Source of the DNA: Chloroflexota bacterium | GTDB taxonomy: Bacteria > Chloroflexota > UBA11872 > VXOZ01 | Length of the DNA stretch: 64,000 bases | Direction: 5' to 3' | Assembly: GCA_963662335.2 (NCBI GenBank) | Contig: CAXXVD010000005.1 | Location: 638,027 to 702,026 of the forward strand | Notes under the pieces: model-generated | Seen by the model: the letters and a program-made list of their open reading frames with translations, nothing else | What the model was told of the DNA's origin: nothing | Databases searched by the model: none | In this document: in pieces, positions 37,741 through 48,474 of the stretch | How the letters are laid out: each line of letters begins with the position of its first letter | Position numbering within the stretch: the stretch's first letter is position 1 | Translations under genes and position numbers: made by a program

Positions 37741-37754
37741 TGTACCTGTGGCAA
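37646..37754. promoter_or_regulatory. Branched hairpin upstream of protein A (candidate cis-regulatory RNA)
   Basis: TTGCCACAGG-ACAGTTGTTTTCCAG pairs with CTGGAAACAACACTGTACCTGTGGCAA; inner CACCC-GTAA-GGGTG hairpin on the minus strand. Confidence 0.45.
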
Positions 37755-37878
37755 CTTCAAGTCTCGCAGGCAGGCGGGCTCTCTGTCAAGGGGCAGCGAA
37801 GCCGCGCGGCGCTGAAGGAGGATTGGCTCCAAAGAGCCGTCTGGCAGGACCGCCGCACAGGGTGTGCTTTTACTGCTT

Positions 37879-37981
37879 GTCATTCCGAGCGAATGCGAGG
37901 AATCTAGTGGCCTTACAGGTGTCAAATCGGTAGGGCAGCACTGGAGATTCCTCACTCCGCTGCGCTACGTTCGGAATGACG
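37879..37981. repeat. REP doublet GTCATTCCGAGCG..GCGAGGAATCT / AGATTCCTC..CGGAATGAC
   Basis: Same family as 11840 and 55272. Confidence 0.8.
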
Positions 37982-38015
37982 AGGATCTCAAACACAACGG
38001 AGCGGACAAGACTAA

Positions 38016-38051
38016 AGCCGCCAATTCCCGACAAGATGGGAATTAGCGGCT
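38016..38051 (-). terminator. Probable intrinsic terminator after rplA
   Basis: AGCCGCTAATTCCC/GGGAATTGGCGGCT stem followed by TTAGTCTT on the minus strand. Confidence 0.55.
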
Positions 38052-38120
38052 ATGAGCAGGTGAAGGGTATGCAGCGCCTGTCGGCAGTCCGGCCCGGCAG
38101 CCGTAGAGACGCTGTTTTTC

Positions 38121-38834
38121 CTAGGCAGCTTCCGCCAGCAGTTGCTGCATCTGCGCCGGGTCGAGCTTGATGGAGGGGCCCATGGTGGCGCAGAGGTGGA
38201 GGGAGCGGACGTAGGTGCCTTTGGTGTTCTCGGGTCTGGCTTGCATCACGGCGGCGTAGAGGGCCGTGAGGTTGGTGAGCAGGTTTTCCACGGTGAAGGA
38301 GGCTTTGCCGACGGCGACGTGCAGGTTGGCGGTGCGGTCCACGCGGAACTCCACGCGGCCGGCTTTGGCCTCGCCCACGGCGCGGCCCACGTCGAAGGTG
38401 ACGGTGCCGGCGCGGTTATTGGGCATCAGGCCGCGGGGGCCCAGGATGCGGCCCAGCCGCCCGACGGCGCTCATCATGTCCGGCGCGGCAATGGCCACGT
38501 CGAAGTCCAGCCAGCCGCCCTCGATCTTCTTGGCAAGTTCGGCGCCGCCCACGAAGTCCGCGCCGGCCTCTTCCGCCTCGCGGACTTTCTCGCCCTGGGC
38601 AAAGACCAGCACGCGCTGCGCCTTGCCCAGCCCGGCCGGCAGCACCACGGAGCCGCGCACGGCCTGGTCCGCCTGGCGGGGATCAACGCCCAGGAGCGCG
38701 TGCATCTCGATGGTGGCGTCGAAGTTGGTGGTAGCCGTCTCTTTGACGATTTCCAATGCCGCCTGGGCATCGTAGAGCCGCCCGGCTTCGATGCGCTCCA
38801 GCGCCTGGCGGTATTTCTTGCTGCGCTTGCCCAT
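38121..38834 (-). CDS. rplA: 50S ribosomal protein L1
   Basis: LGVDPRQADQ.VRG.V.LP.G.GK, LGPRGLMPN..GTV, TMGP. Confidence 0.98.
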   Translation of the reverse strand: MGKRSKKYRQALERIEAGRLYDAQAALEIVKETATTNFDATIEMHALLGVDPRQADQAVRGSVVLPAGLGKAQRVLVFAQGEKVREAEEAGADFVGGAELAKKIEGGWLDFDVAIAAPDMMSAVGRLGRILGPRGLMPNNRAGTVTFDVGRAVGEAKAGRVEFRVDRTANLHVAVGKASFTVENLLTNLTALYAAVMQARPENTKGTYVRSLHLCATMGPSIKLDPAQMQQLLAEAA

Positions 38835-38835
38835 G

Positions 38836-39261
38836 TTAGGTGGTCACCTCCAGGCCCATGCTGCGGGCCGTGCCCGCCACGATCTTCATTGCCGCCTCCA
38901 CGTCGTTGGCGTTGAGGTCCGGCATCTTCATTTCGGCGATTTCGCGCACCTGGTCTTGCGTCACGCGCCCGACCTTTTCCGTATTGGGCGTGCCGGAGCC
39001 TTTCTCCACCTTGGCCGCGCGGCGCAGCAGGTCCGCGGCCGGCGGGGTCTTGGTGATGAAGGTGAACGACCGGTCTTCGAAGATGGTCATGTCCACCGGC
39101 ACGATGTAGCCGGCCTGGCTGCCGGTGCGCTCGTTGAATTCCTTGACGAACGCCATGATGTTGACGCCGTGCTGGCCCAAGGCGGGGCCAACCGGCGGCG
39201 CCGGCGTCGCCTTGCCGCCCGGCACCTGGAGCTTGATGACTGCCCGTACTTTCTTTGCCAC
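38836..39261 (-). CDS. rplK: 50S ribosomal protein L11
   Basis: [31 protein letters not shown]. Confidence 0.98.
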   Translation of the reverse strand: MAKKVRAVIKLQVPGGKATPAPPVGPALGQHGVNIMAFVKEFNERTGSQAGYIVPVDMTIFEDRSFTFITKTPPAADLLRRAAKVEKGSGTPNTEKVGRVTQDQVREIAEMKMPDLNANDVEAAMKIVAGTARSMGLEVTT

Positions 39262-39371
39262 GCTCGTTTCTCATCCTTGCGCGTCACGCGCTGCACTACT
39301 GTCACAATTGGCCTATTGCGTTGACGCCCTGCGAACCGGTCTGTCCTGCCTCATGCTGACAGCGCCCCGAT

Positions 39372-39481
39372 TCGTCATTCCCATGAAATCAGCGCAATCC
39401 GTCATTCCCGCGAAAGCGGGGATCCATCCTGTCCGCAGCAGCGGACGTTGCCCCAGAGCGGGGGACAAGCCCCCGCGCTAC
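39372..39481. repeat. REP cluster between nusG and rplK
   Basis: CGTCATTCCCGCGAAAGCGGGGATCCA and GCGGGGGACAAGCCCCCGCGCTAC. Confidence 0.8.
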
Positions 39482-39484
39482 GTC

Positions 39485-40075
39485 TTAGATTCGTTCCACC
39501 TGCAGAAAGTCCAATTCCACCGGCGTCTCGCGTCCGAAGAACGAGACCATCACCCGCACCCGGCCGCGCTCCTGGTTGGCGTCGTCCACCGTGCCGTAGA
39601 ACTCGGCGAACGGCCCGTCGATGATCTTCACCCGGTCGCCCTTGCGCAGCACCATGCGCGCTTGCGGCGTCTCTTCCTTGCCGCGCTTGAGGACTTTATC
39701 GACTTCCTCGTCGGCCAGCGGCACCGGCTGGTGGTCGTCCCGGCCGGAGCTTACGAAGCCGGTCACGCCCGGCGTATTGCGCACGATGAACCAGGACTGA
39801 TCGGTCTGCTGCATGCGCACCAGCACGTAGCCGGGGAAGAGCTTACGTTCCACGTCCCGGCGCTGGCCTTGCTTGATCTCCACCTCTTTCTGCGTCGGCA
39901 CCACCACGTCGAAGATCATCTCTTTGGCGTCCATGGACTCGATGCGCTTGAGCAGGTTCTCGCGCACCTTGTTCTCGTAGCCGGAGTAGGTGTGCACCAC
40001 GTACCAGCGGGGCGTTTCGTCCGCCTGCCGCTCGGCGTCCGCATCTTCGGTGAACTCGTCCGTCTTCAGTGCCAT
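39485..40075 (-). CDS. nusG: Transcription factor NusG
   Basis: WYVVHTYSGYENKV, FPGYVLV, KOW motif, FGRETPVEL. Confidence 0.97.
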   Translation of the reverse strand: MALKTDEFTEDADAERQADETPRWYVVHTYSGYENKVRENLLKRIESMDAKEMIFDVVVPTQKEVEIKQGQRRDVERKLFPGYVLVRMQQTDQSWFIVRNTPGVTGFVSSGRDDHQPVPLADEEVDKVLKRGKEETPQARMVLRKGDRVKIIDGPFAEFYGTVDDANQERGRVRVMVSFFGRETPVELDFLQVERI

Positions 40076-40090
40076 GCTGCCGTATTCCCC

Positions 40091-40384
40091 CTAGAGCCCT
40101 TGCTGGACTATCAGCGCGAATAGCTTGCCGAACACGTAGTCCAACCCGCTGAGAAACACGCCCGTCACCAGGCTGACGGCGATTACCACCAGCGTCAGGT
40201 TCAGCGCCGTCTCGCGGGTGGGCCAGTGGGCTTTCTTGAGTTCGCCCCAGGCTTCTTGCAGAAACGATACCGTGGGTTGCAGGAAGCGCGGCACGCGGCT
40301 CGCGGGGGCCGCACGCCGGCTGCGGGTTCTCTGCCCCGTCTTCTTGGCCGCTCCGCGTTGGGTGTCAAGCCACGGTACTCTCAT
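40091..40384 (-). CDS. secE: Preprotein translocase SecE
   Basis: FLQE...ELKK..WPTRE, single TM, LDY.F; ATGA overlap with rpmG. Confidence 0.92.
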   Translation of the reverse strand: MRVPWLDTQRGAAKKTGQRTRSRRAAPASRVPRFLQPTVSFLQEAWGELKKAHWPTRETALNLTLVVIAVSLVTGVFLSGLDYVFGKLFALIVQQGL

Positions 40385-40551
40385 CGCGTCTCTCGATGGG
40401 CGAGATGTTTCTGGCAGTAGCGGCAGTATTTCCGCAACTCCAGCCGGTCGGTGCTCGTCCGCCGGTTCTTGCTCGTGGCGTAGTTGCGGCGGCGGCAATC
40501 CACACATGCCAACGTTACCACGCTACGGTCTTCGCGTCCTTTGCGTGCCAT
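40381..40551 (-). CDS. rpmG: 50S ribosomal protein L33 (zinc-ribbon C+ form); not in the ORF track
   Basis: Translates [56 protein letters not shown]. Confidence 0.95.
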   Translation of the reverse strand: MARKGREDRSVVTLACVDCRRRNYATSKNRRTSTDRLELRKYCRYCQKHLAHRETR

Positions 40552-40584
40552 GTACCTGCGTTACTCCTCTGGCGTAGCGGTCGC

Positions 40585-41787
<1,203 letters not shown>

Positions 41788-41879
41788 CGTATCCTTCCTC
41801 GAACGTTAAAATATCAACACAAATCCTTGCCGTGCCGGCAGTAGCCGCGCGTTGCCGCTGCTGCTATCGCTATTGCCGG

Positions 41880-41952
41880 AGCCCACAACCGGATTTGAAC
41901 CGGTGACCTCGATCTTACCAAGATCGCGCTCTACCGACTGAGCTATGTGGGC
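41880..41952 (-). tRNA. tRNA-Thr(GGT), CCA not encoded (CCG follows)
   Basis: GCCCACATAGCTCAGTCGGTAGAGC..CTTGGTAAG..GGTTCAAATCC; usual position before tuf. Confidence 0.95.
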
Positions 41953-42052
41953 AGGCCGCTCCGCGCCGGCCGGGAACTGGAGTGCCAAACACTCAATCAG
42001 CCGCGAATCCCACGCCTCACCAAGCCCAGCCCTCTGCGCACGGGCAAACTCA

Positions 42053-42081
42053 ATCATAACAGAACGACTGTTGCCTGTCAC
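42053..42081 (-). promoter_or_regulatory. Promoter of the tRNA-Thr-tuf operon
   Basis: GTGACA-17 bp-TATGAT with extended TG. Confidence 0.55.
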
Positions 42082-42273
42082 GCGCTCCACCGCAACGGGT
42101 CGCTGCGCGCCAACGGCTGGCCCGACCGAGAAGCGCGAGCTGGCGCAACGGGCCGCGGCCGGCGCGCCCGCGGTTGACGCCCTTTCTCCGGGTTTGGCAC
42201 AGTTACGCCAAGTATGACTCGAACCTGATGCTGGAGTCCTTTGGAGGAGAGGGAGCGGAGAAAGCGGTTGATT

Positions 42274-42421
42274 TCCCTCACCCCGGCCCTCTCCCCAGTG
42301 AGACTCTTGCATTAACCCCTTCCCTTGCGGGGGAAGGTTGGGATGGGGGTTGTAACAATTGACACTATAGCAATGATAGCTCCAATTGCGCCTCTGGATT
42401 CCGGCTTTCGCCGGAATGACG
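42274..42421. repeat. REP cluster (CCCTCACCCCGGCCCTCTCCC, GGGAAGGTTGGGATGGGG, inverted CGTC REP)
   Basis: 42337-42425 resembles an inverted copy of 26335-26420. Confidence 0.7.
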
Positions 42422-42476
42422 GATTGACGCAACGGTCTCCCAATGGAGAGGGCGCCACGAGAGAAGGGAGACGCGC

Positions 42477-44183
42477 GTGAATACGGGCGACCTGCTGGCG
42501 GAACTGCTGATCGGCCACGGCGTGGAATACGTCTTTGGCGCCATCGGCGGCCAGGGCTATCCGCTCAACGACGCGCTGCACCGCCGCCGCAGCCGGGCGC
42601 GGCACATTGCCGTGCGCGACGAACGCTCCAGCGCCTATGCCGCCGACGGCTACGCCCGGGTGAGCGGCAAAGTGGGCGTCTGCGACGCGGCCTTTGGCGT
42701 GGGCGTGCTCAAACTGCCCTCCGGCCTGGCCGAGGCCTACAACTCCTCGATTCCCGTGCTGGGCATTCTGAGCAACGCCCCGCGCGACTGGATTGTGTGG
42801 AACGAACGGGGCTGCACGGCGCAGGGCGTGGAACAGGTTTCTCCTTTTACGCCTATCACGAAAGGGGCGTTTCGCGTCACAACGCAGGAGTCGCTGCCCG
42901 CTACGGTGCGCTACGGCTTCAACCTGGCCACCGCGGGACGCCCGGGCCCGGTAGTGTTCGACGTGCCCGCGGACGTGTTCAAAGAAGAGTGGGACGCCGA
43001 GCAGGTGGACGCGAGGTGCAATCCGCGCGCCGGCCGCTATCCCGCCTGGCGCGCCCACCCGGACCCGGCGGACGTGCGGGCGGCGGCGCGCGTGTTGGGC
43101 AGCGCCGAACGCCCGGTCATCGTGGCGGGCGGCGGCGCGGCGATTTCCCAGGCGTGGGACGCTTTGCGCAGTTTCGCAGAGCGGTTGCAGATGCCGGTTG
43201 CCACCACCATCTCCGGCAAGGGCGTCTTTCCCGATGACCACCCCCTGGCCGTGGGCGTGATGGGCGGGCAGTACGGTTCGGAAGCGGCTAATCAGACGGT
43301 TGCCGCCGCCGACGTGGTCTTTCTGGTGGGCATGAAGTCCTCGCAGCAGGTGACGAGCGCCTGGACTCAGCCCGCGCCTGCGCAGCGCATCGTGCACCTG
43401 GACGTCGATCCGGCGGAAGTGGGTAAAGTGTTTGCGGCGGAGGCCGGCATGGTGGCCGACGCCCGCGCCGGGCTGGAGGCGCTGGCGGAAGCGTGCCCGG
43501 ATCAGACGCCCGAGCGGAGCGCGTGGCTCGCGCAGGCGGCGGCGTTCAAAGCGCAGTGGCACAACGTGATCCAGGCGGAAATGGACGATACCGCAACGCC
43601 CATCCGCCCGCAGCATCTCATGGCGCACATCCAGCAGCGCCTCACGCCGGCGGACATCGTGGTCTCCGACGCCAGTTTCTCGGTGGGTTGGGTCGGCGCG
43701 TACCTGCGCGCGCTGCACGGCGGACAGCGTTTTCTCTTCCCGCGCGGGTTGGCGACGATGGGATTCGGCGTGCCGGCGGCGATTGGCGCGCGTTTCGCCC
43801 AGCCGGCGGGCAAGGTGGTGGTCGTGGCCGGCGACGGCAGCGTTACCTACGCAATTGGAGAACTGGCCGTGCTCGCCAAGTACGGCCTGGACATCATCGT
43901 GGTGGTCTTGAACAACGGCTGCCTGGGCTACAGCAAGATTTCGGAGATGCTGAACTACAGCGCCGACTACGAAGAAGTGGACTTTCCCGATACCGACTTT
44001 GCCATGATCGCGCGGGGCTTTGGCTGCGAGGGCCTGGCGGTAAAGGAGCCGAGCGAGCTAGCGCCCGCGCTGGCGGCGGCGTTTGCGGCAAACGGCCCGG
44101 TGTTGCTCGACGTGCGCGTCGATCCGTGGCAGACGCCGGAACTCGACCTGCGTCAGCGCTTGGCGGCGCTGCAAGCGGAGTAG
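42477..44183 (+). CDS. Thiamine-diphosphate-dependent enzyme (acetolactate synthase-like)
   Basis: RDE..A..ADGYAR, GRPGPV, GDGS...NNG ThDP motif. Confidence 0.88.
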   Translation: MNTGDLLAELLIGHGVEYVFGAIGGQGYPLNDALHRRRSRARHIAVRDERSSAYAADGYARVSGKVGVCDAAFGVGVLKLPSGLAEAYNSSIPVLGILSNAPRDWIVWNERGCTAQGVEQVSPFTPITKGAFRVTTQESLPATVRYGFNLATAGRPGPVVFDVPADVFKEEWDAEQVDARCNPRAGRYPAWRAHPDPADVRAAARVLGSAERPVIVAGGGAAISQAWDALRSFAERLQMPVATTISGKGVFPDDHPLAVGVMGGQYGSEAANQTVAAADVVFLVGMKSSQQVTSAWTQPAPAQRIVHLDVDPAEVGKVFAAEAGMVADARAGLEALAEACPDQTPERSAWLAQAAAFKAQWHNVIQAEMDDTATPIRPQHLMAHIQQRLTPADIVVSDASFSVGWVGAYLRALHGGQRFLFPRGLATMGFGVPAAIGARFAQPAGKVVVVAGDGSVTYAIGELAVLAKYGLDIIVVVLNNGCLGYSKISEMLNYSADYEEVDFPDTDFAMIARGFGCEGLAVKEPSELAPALAAAFAANGPVLLDVRVDPWQTPELDLRQRLAALQAE

Positions 44184-44216
44184 CGCAAGCGCCGCCGAAG
44201 CGGAGAGGAAGCATAC

Positions 44217-44990
44217 ATGCGGTTGCGGGACAAAGTTGCCATCGTCACCGGCGCGGCGGGCGGGCTGGGGGCGGCGTATGCGCAGGCTATTGCGCGCGAG
44301 GGCGCGCGGGTGGTTGTCGTGGACGTGGCGGACGGCGAAGGGACGGCCGAGAACATTCGCGCGCGTGGCCGTCATGCCCTCGCGCTGAAGGCGGACCTGA
44401 CGGATGAAGAACAGGTGCGGCGGATAGTGACACACGTGGCGGCGGAGTACGGGCAGATCGACATCCTGGTCAACAACGCCGGCGGCGCGGGACGGCAGGC
44501 GGCGGAATCCGCGATCGAGAAGATCGACCGGGCGCACTGGGACGAAATCATCGCCATCAATCTCACGTCCACCATGCTCTGCATCAAGCACGTCGCGCCC
44601 CACATGAAGCGGCAGCGGCGCGGCAAGATCGTCAACGTCTCGTCGCGCGCCGCGCGGGGCACGGCCTGGTTCGGCCAGGTGACGCCGGAATACATCGCGG
44701 CCAAGATTGGCGTCATCGGCCTCACGCGCCAGGTTGCCAAGGAACTGGGGCCGCACGGCGTCACCGTCAACTGTCTCGTGCCCAGCTTTACGGTCAGCGG
44801 GCCGGCGCTTCAAGCCGCCTGGGACAACATGACGGCCGCGGAACGCGCGCACATGCTCGAGGCCACGCCGCTGCGCCGCCTGCCGGAGCCGGCAGAACTG
44901 GCAAGCGTGGTGGTCTTTCTCGTGAGCGACGAATCCAGCTACGTCACCGGCGCGTGCCTGGACGTGAACGGCGGGTCGCTCATGGCGTAG
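44217..44990 (+). CDS. SDR family oxidoreductase
   Basis: TGAAGGLG, NNAG, YIAAK. Confidence 0.9.
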   Translation: MRLRDKVAIVTGAAGGLGAAYAQAIAREGARVVVVDVADGEGTAENIRARGRHALALKADLTDEEQVRRIVTHVAAEYGQIDILVNNAGGAGRQAAESAIEKIDRAHWDEIIAINLTSTMLCIKHVAPHMKRQRRGKIVNVSSRAARGTAWFGQVTPEYIAAKIGVIGLTRQVAKELGPHGVTVNCLVPSFTVSGPALQAAWDNMTAAERAHMLEATPLRRLPEPAELASVVVFLVSDESSYVTGACLDVNGGSLMA

Positions 44991-45049
44991 CGAGGCCGGG
45001 CCTAACCGGCATGATTCACGCTACCATGTGCGCAGATGGTTCCCCGCTT

Positions 45050-45150
45050 CCGTTCGTGCTGAGCCTGTCGAAGTGTGAACGGAAGCGTGAGCGGGTACTG
45101 CGACTATCGCTTACCAGGAATCGCCCTTCGACAAGCTCAGGGCGAGCGGG
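45050..45150. repeat. REP doublet (CCGTTCGTGCTGAGCCTGTCGAAG.. / ..CTTCGACAAGCTCAGGGCG)
   Basis: Inverted counterpart of the doublet at 51130-51240. Confidence 0.8.
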
Positions 45151-45339
45151 AGACGGCAATCCTAAGTTCGCCAAATCCGACGCGCAGAGTAGCAAGATGC
45201 CCAGAGCGCAGCGGCGCTCGTCGCTCGCTCTGAATTGGTCGTTCCGAGTTGATGCGCGGCGTTTCCTTTCGCAGCGTCGTTGCTATAGAATCGAGCAGGA
45301 CGCCTCTGCTATAGGCCGGCACACTTCAGGTACCTTTCG

Positions 45340-46704
45340 ATGGCAGTTGCTCTACAACAAGAGAGCCGCAAAGAGCGGTCGCCCCGCATTCACGGCGCGC
45401 CGCGCTGCGCCGTGCTCACGCTGGGCTGCAAGGTGAACCAGGCGGAGACGGCAGAGATCCGCGAGCGGTTCGGGCAAGCGGGCTTCCGCCAGGTTGCGTT
45501 TGGCGAACCGGCGGAGGTGAGCGTGGTGAACACCTGCACGGTCACCCACGTGGCCGACCGCAAGTCGCGCCAAGTGATCCGCCGCGCCCAGGCCGCCAAC
45601 CCGCGCGGCGTCGTGGTGGTTACCGGCTGCTACGCCGCCGTGTCGCCGGCAGAGGCGGCGGCGGTTGCGCCCGGCGCGCTCCTCATCCCCCGCGACCAAC
45701 AGGCAAACGCGGTGGACATTGTCACTGAGGCGCTGCGCGAGCGCGGCGTGGCAATCCCAGAGCCGCTCTCCCCGGAGGAAATGGCGTACGCGGCGCTGCT
45801 GGAGCCAACCGCGGGCCGCACGCGCAGCCGGGTGTTCGTCAAAGTGCAGGACGGTTGCTGGCACGCCTGCGCCTACTGCATCGTGCCCCGGGCGCGGGGG
45901 CGCTCGGTATCGCGTCCGGCGGCGGAAATCGTGCGGCGCGTGCGGACGCTGGAAGCTGAGGGCGTGCTGGAGGTGGTGCTCACCGGCGTGTGCATCGGCG
46001 ATTATGAGGATCCCGCTTCCGGCGGCAGCCTGACGGCGCTCATCCACAGTTTGCTCGCCGAAACCGACATTCCCCGCATCCGCATTAGCTCGATCAATCC
46101 CATGCACTTCGATTACGCTTTTCTGGAGCTGCTCGCGCATCCCCGCGTCTGCCGCCACCTGCACCTGCCGTTGCAGAGCGGCAGCCCGGCCGTGCTGCGG
46201 CGCATGAACCGGCGGCACACGCTGGACGAATACCGCGCCATCGTGCGGCGGGCGCGCGAAATTTGCCCGGAACTGGCGCTTACCACCGACGTGCTGGTGG
46301 GCTTTCCCGGCGAGACCGAGGCGCATTTTGCCGAGACGGCGGCGTTCATCGAGGAGATGGCGTTTGCCGACCTCCACGTCTTTCCCTACTCGGTGCGCCC
46401 GCGCACGAGCGCCGGGCACTTCGACGGCCACGTGCCTTTCGGCGTCCGCAAGCGGCGGGTGCAAACGCTCTTGGCTAAGGTACCGGCGCTGCGCCAGGCT
46501 TACGCCGAGCGGTTCCTGGGCGCTACGTTGGACGTGGTGTGGGAGGAGGAAGTCGAGGGTCTATGGCGCGGCTATACCGATAACTACCTGCGCGTGTACG
46601 TCGAGAGTGATACGCTTAGGCCGGGAATGCTGCGCGCCGCCCGGCTGGCGGCGCCGTACGCCGACGGTGTGCGCGGGGCGCTGGCGGCTGACGGGCACGA
46701 GTAA
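45340..46704 (+). CDS. mtaB: tRNA t6A37 methylthiotransferase MtaB
   Basis: TLGCKVNQ.E, NTCTVT..AD.KSR, KVQDGC...C.YC radical SAM motif, HVFPYS.RP.T. Confidence 0.9.
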   Translation: MAVALQQESRKERSPRIHGAPRCAVLTLGCKVNQAETAEIRERFGQAGFRQVAFGEPAEVSVVNTCTVTHVADRKSRQVIRRAQAANPRGVVVVTGCYAAVSPAEAAAVAPGALLIPRDQQANAVDIVTEALRERGVAIPEPLSPEEMAYAALLEPTAGRTRSRVFVKVQDGCWHACAYCIVPRARGRSVSRPAAEIVRRVRTLEAEGVLEVVLTGVCIGDYEDPASGGSLTALIHSLLAETDIPRIRISSINPMHFDYAFLELLAHPRVCRHLHLPLQSGSPAVLRRMNRRHTLDEYRAIVRRAREICPELALTTDVLVGFPGETEAHFAETAAFIEEMAFADLHVFPYSVRPRTSAGHFDGHVPFGVRKRRVQTLLAKVPALRQAYAERFLGATLDVVWEEEVEGLWRGYTDNYLRVYVESDTLRPGMLRAARLAAPYADGVRGALAADGHE

Positions 46705-46731
46705 CAGTCACAACGCAGTGAGGTGACGACC

Positions 46732-47073
46732 ATGGAGTGCATTTTCTGCGGCATCGTGAGTGGGAGCCTGCCCACGGAGCTTGTCCACGAGGGCGAAAAC
46801 GTCGTGGCGTTTCGCGACATCACGCCGCAAGCGCCGACCCACGTGCTCATCGTGCCGCGCGAACACATCGAGTCGGTTGCCGACCTGGAAGAAAGGCATA
46901 CGGCGTTGCTGGGCGAGATGTTCCTGGCCGCCAACTCGATTGCCCGGCAAGAAGGCATCGCCGCAAGCGGCTACCGGTTGGTCTTCAACTGCGGCCGCGC
47001 CGCCGGCCAATCGGTCGACCACGTGCACCTGCACCTGCTGGGCGGCCGCAAACTCCGCTGGCCGCCGGGTTGA
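46732..47073 (+). CDS. hinT: HIT family nucleotide-binding protein
   Basis: CIFC.I, AFRDI.PQAP.HVL, HVHLH, WPPG. Confidence 0.92.
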   Translation: MECIFCGIVSGSLPTELVHEGENVVAFRDITPQAPTHVLIVPREHIESVADLEERHTALLGEMFLAANSIARQEGIAASGYRLVFNCGRAAGQSVDHVHLHLLGGRKLRWPPG

Positions 47074-47179
47074 GGCAGCCGCGCGTCTCGCCGCCGCCCG
47101 CCGCCGCCGCCTTTTGACCGGGAGTCGGCGCTTCTCTATCATGGAGAGCACTTAAGTCTACAGGAACGGGAAGCACGCC

Positions 47180-47512
47180 ATGCGCACAGTGTACGACGAT
47201 GTGGCCCAGCGGCTGGAGCGCGCGGAACGCATTGCGGTGGCCACCGTAATCGAGACGCGCGGTTCCACGCCGCAGAAGGTGGGCGCCAAGCTACTAATCC
47301 GGCAGGACGGCCGCACCCAGGGCACCATTGGCGGCGGGTGCGTGGAGGCGGAAGTGTGGAAGGAAGCAACGGCCGCGCTGCGCGACGGGGCCTCCCGCGT
47401 GGTGGAGGTGGACCTGAACGACGACGTGATGGGGGACGTCTGCGGCGGCACACTGACAGTCTTCATCGACGTCTGGCAACCTGAAAGCGGCGACAGTGGT
47501 GAGCGAATCTAG
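47180..47512 (+). CDS. XdhC/CoxI N-terminal-type protein
   Basis: ATVI.TRGSTPQ..GAK, GTIGGGCVEAEV, CGG. Confidence 0.88.
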   Translation: MRTVYDDVAQRLERAERIAVATVIETRGSTPQKVGAKLLIRQDGRTQGTIGGGCVEAEVWKEATAALRDGASRVVEVDLNDDVMGDVCGGTLTVFIDVWQPESGDSGERI

Positions 47513-47533
47513 TCCCGCGCAGAGCGCCCCCGT

Positions 47534-48373
47534 ATGCTAACCTTGGCGCGGCACGTGGCCGCGGCCCTGCAACGCCGGGAGCCGGCGGTGATGATCACGG
47601 TCGTCAACGCGCGCGGCGGCGTGGGCGCGGTCGCGCTGGGCGCAAAGTTGCTCGTTGCCGCGGACGAGCGCGGCCGCGGCTCGCTGGGCAGCGCGGCCCT
47701 CAATTGCGCCGCGCGCGGCCTGGCGGCGGACGTCATCGCAGCCGGGGAGCCGCGCCTGGCGCGGTACGCACCCGACGGCACACCGGCGCCGCGGCGCAGT
47801 GCGGCCCCCTGGATACAGTTGCTCTACGAACCGCTCCTGCCGCCAGACCGCCTGCTGGTGGTCGGCGCGGGCCACATTGCCGTGCCCCTGCACGAGATCG
47901 GCAGTATACTGGGGTTCGAGGTCATCGTGGTGGACGACCGGGCGGACTTTGCCACGCGAGAGCGCTTTCCCCGCGCCGATGAGGTGCGCTGCATCCCGTT
48001 TAGCGCGGTGCCCACGCAGGTGGCCATCGACCGCACCACCTACTTGGTGCTGGTCACCCGCGCGCACGAGCACGACGAGGAAGTGCTGCGCCAGGTAGCC
48101 GATTCGCCCGCGCCGTACATTGGCATGATTGGCAGCAAGCGGCGGGTGATTACCGTCTACCGGCGGCTGTTGGCGGAAGGTGTCACGCCTGAACAACTGC
48201 GGCGGGTCTACGCGCCGGTGGGTCTCACCATCAACGCGCGCACGCCGCAGGAGATCGCCGTGGCCGTAATGGCGGAAGTCGTCAGCGTCAAGCGCGGCGG
48301 CGCGAGCAACCACTCGGCGCTGCGCGAACTGCCGCGCTCCCTGCGGGGGGATGCAAAACTATCGGCAAGATGA
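47534..48373 (+). CDS. XdhC family molybdenum-cofactor chaperone, Rossmann part
   Basis: GAGHIA, VVDDR, YIGMIGS.RR, AP.GL.I.A.TP.EIA. Confidence 0.88.
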   Translation: MLTLARHVAAALQRREPAVMITVVNARGGVGAVALGAKLLVAADERGRGSLGSAALNCAARGLAADVIAAGEPRLARYAPDGTPAPRRSAAPWIQLLYEPLLPPDRLLVVGAGHIAVPLHEIGSILGFEVIVVDDRADFATRERFPRADEVRCIPFSAVPTQVAIDRTTYLVLVTRAHEHDEEVLRQVADSPAPYIGMIGSKRRVITVYRRLLAEGVTPEQLRRVYAPVGLTINARTPQEIAVAVMAEVVSVKRGGASNHSALRELPRSLRGDAKLSAR

Positions 48374-48474
48374 TACTCTAGGGTGCATGTCGGCCTGGAA
48401 GCGGCCGGTGTGCCTATTGATGGCTTTGACTGGTGGGTGTTTGCGGTAGCAACGAGCGAGATGCGGAGGGTTAC

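Noticed and set aside
38052-38120. L10 leader RNA after rplA
   Set aside because: Only a vague GACAG/CCTGC resemblance, and no rplJ follows
42200-42240. Extra tRNA (GGTTCGAGTC on the minus strand)
   Set aside because: No cloverleaf arms could be formed around the motif
47180-48373. Split XdhC as a pseudogene
   Set aside because: Two-gene XdhC arrangements are common and both ORFs are intact
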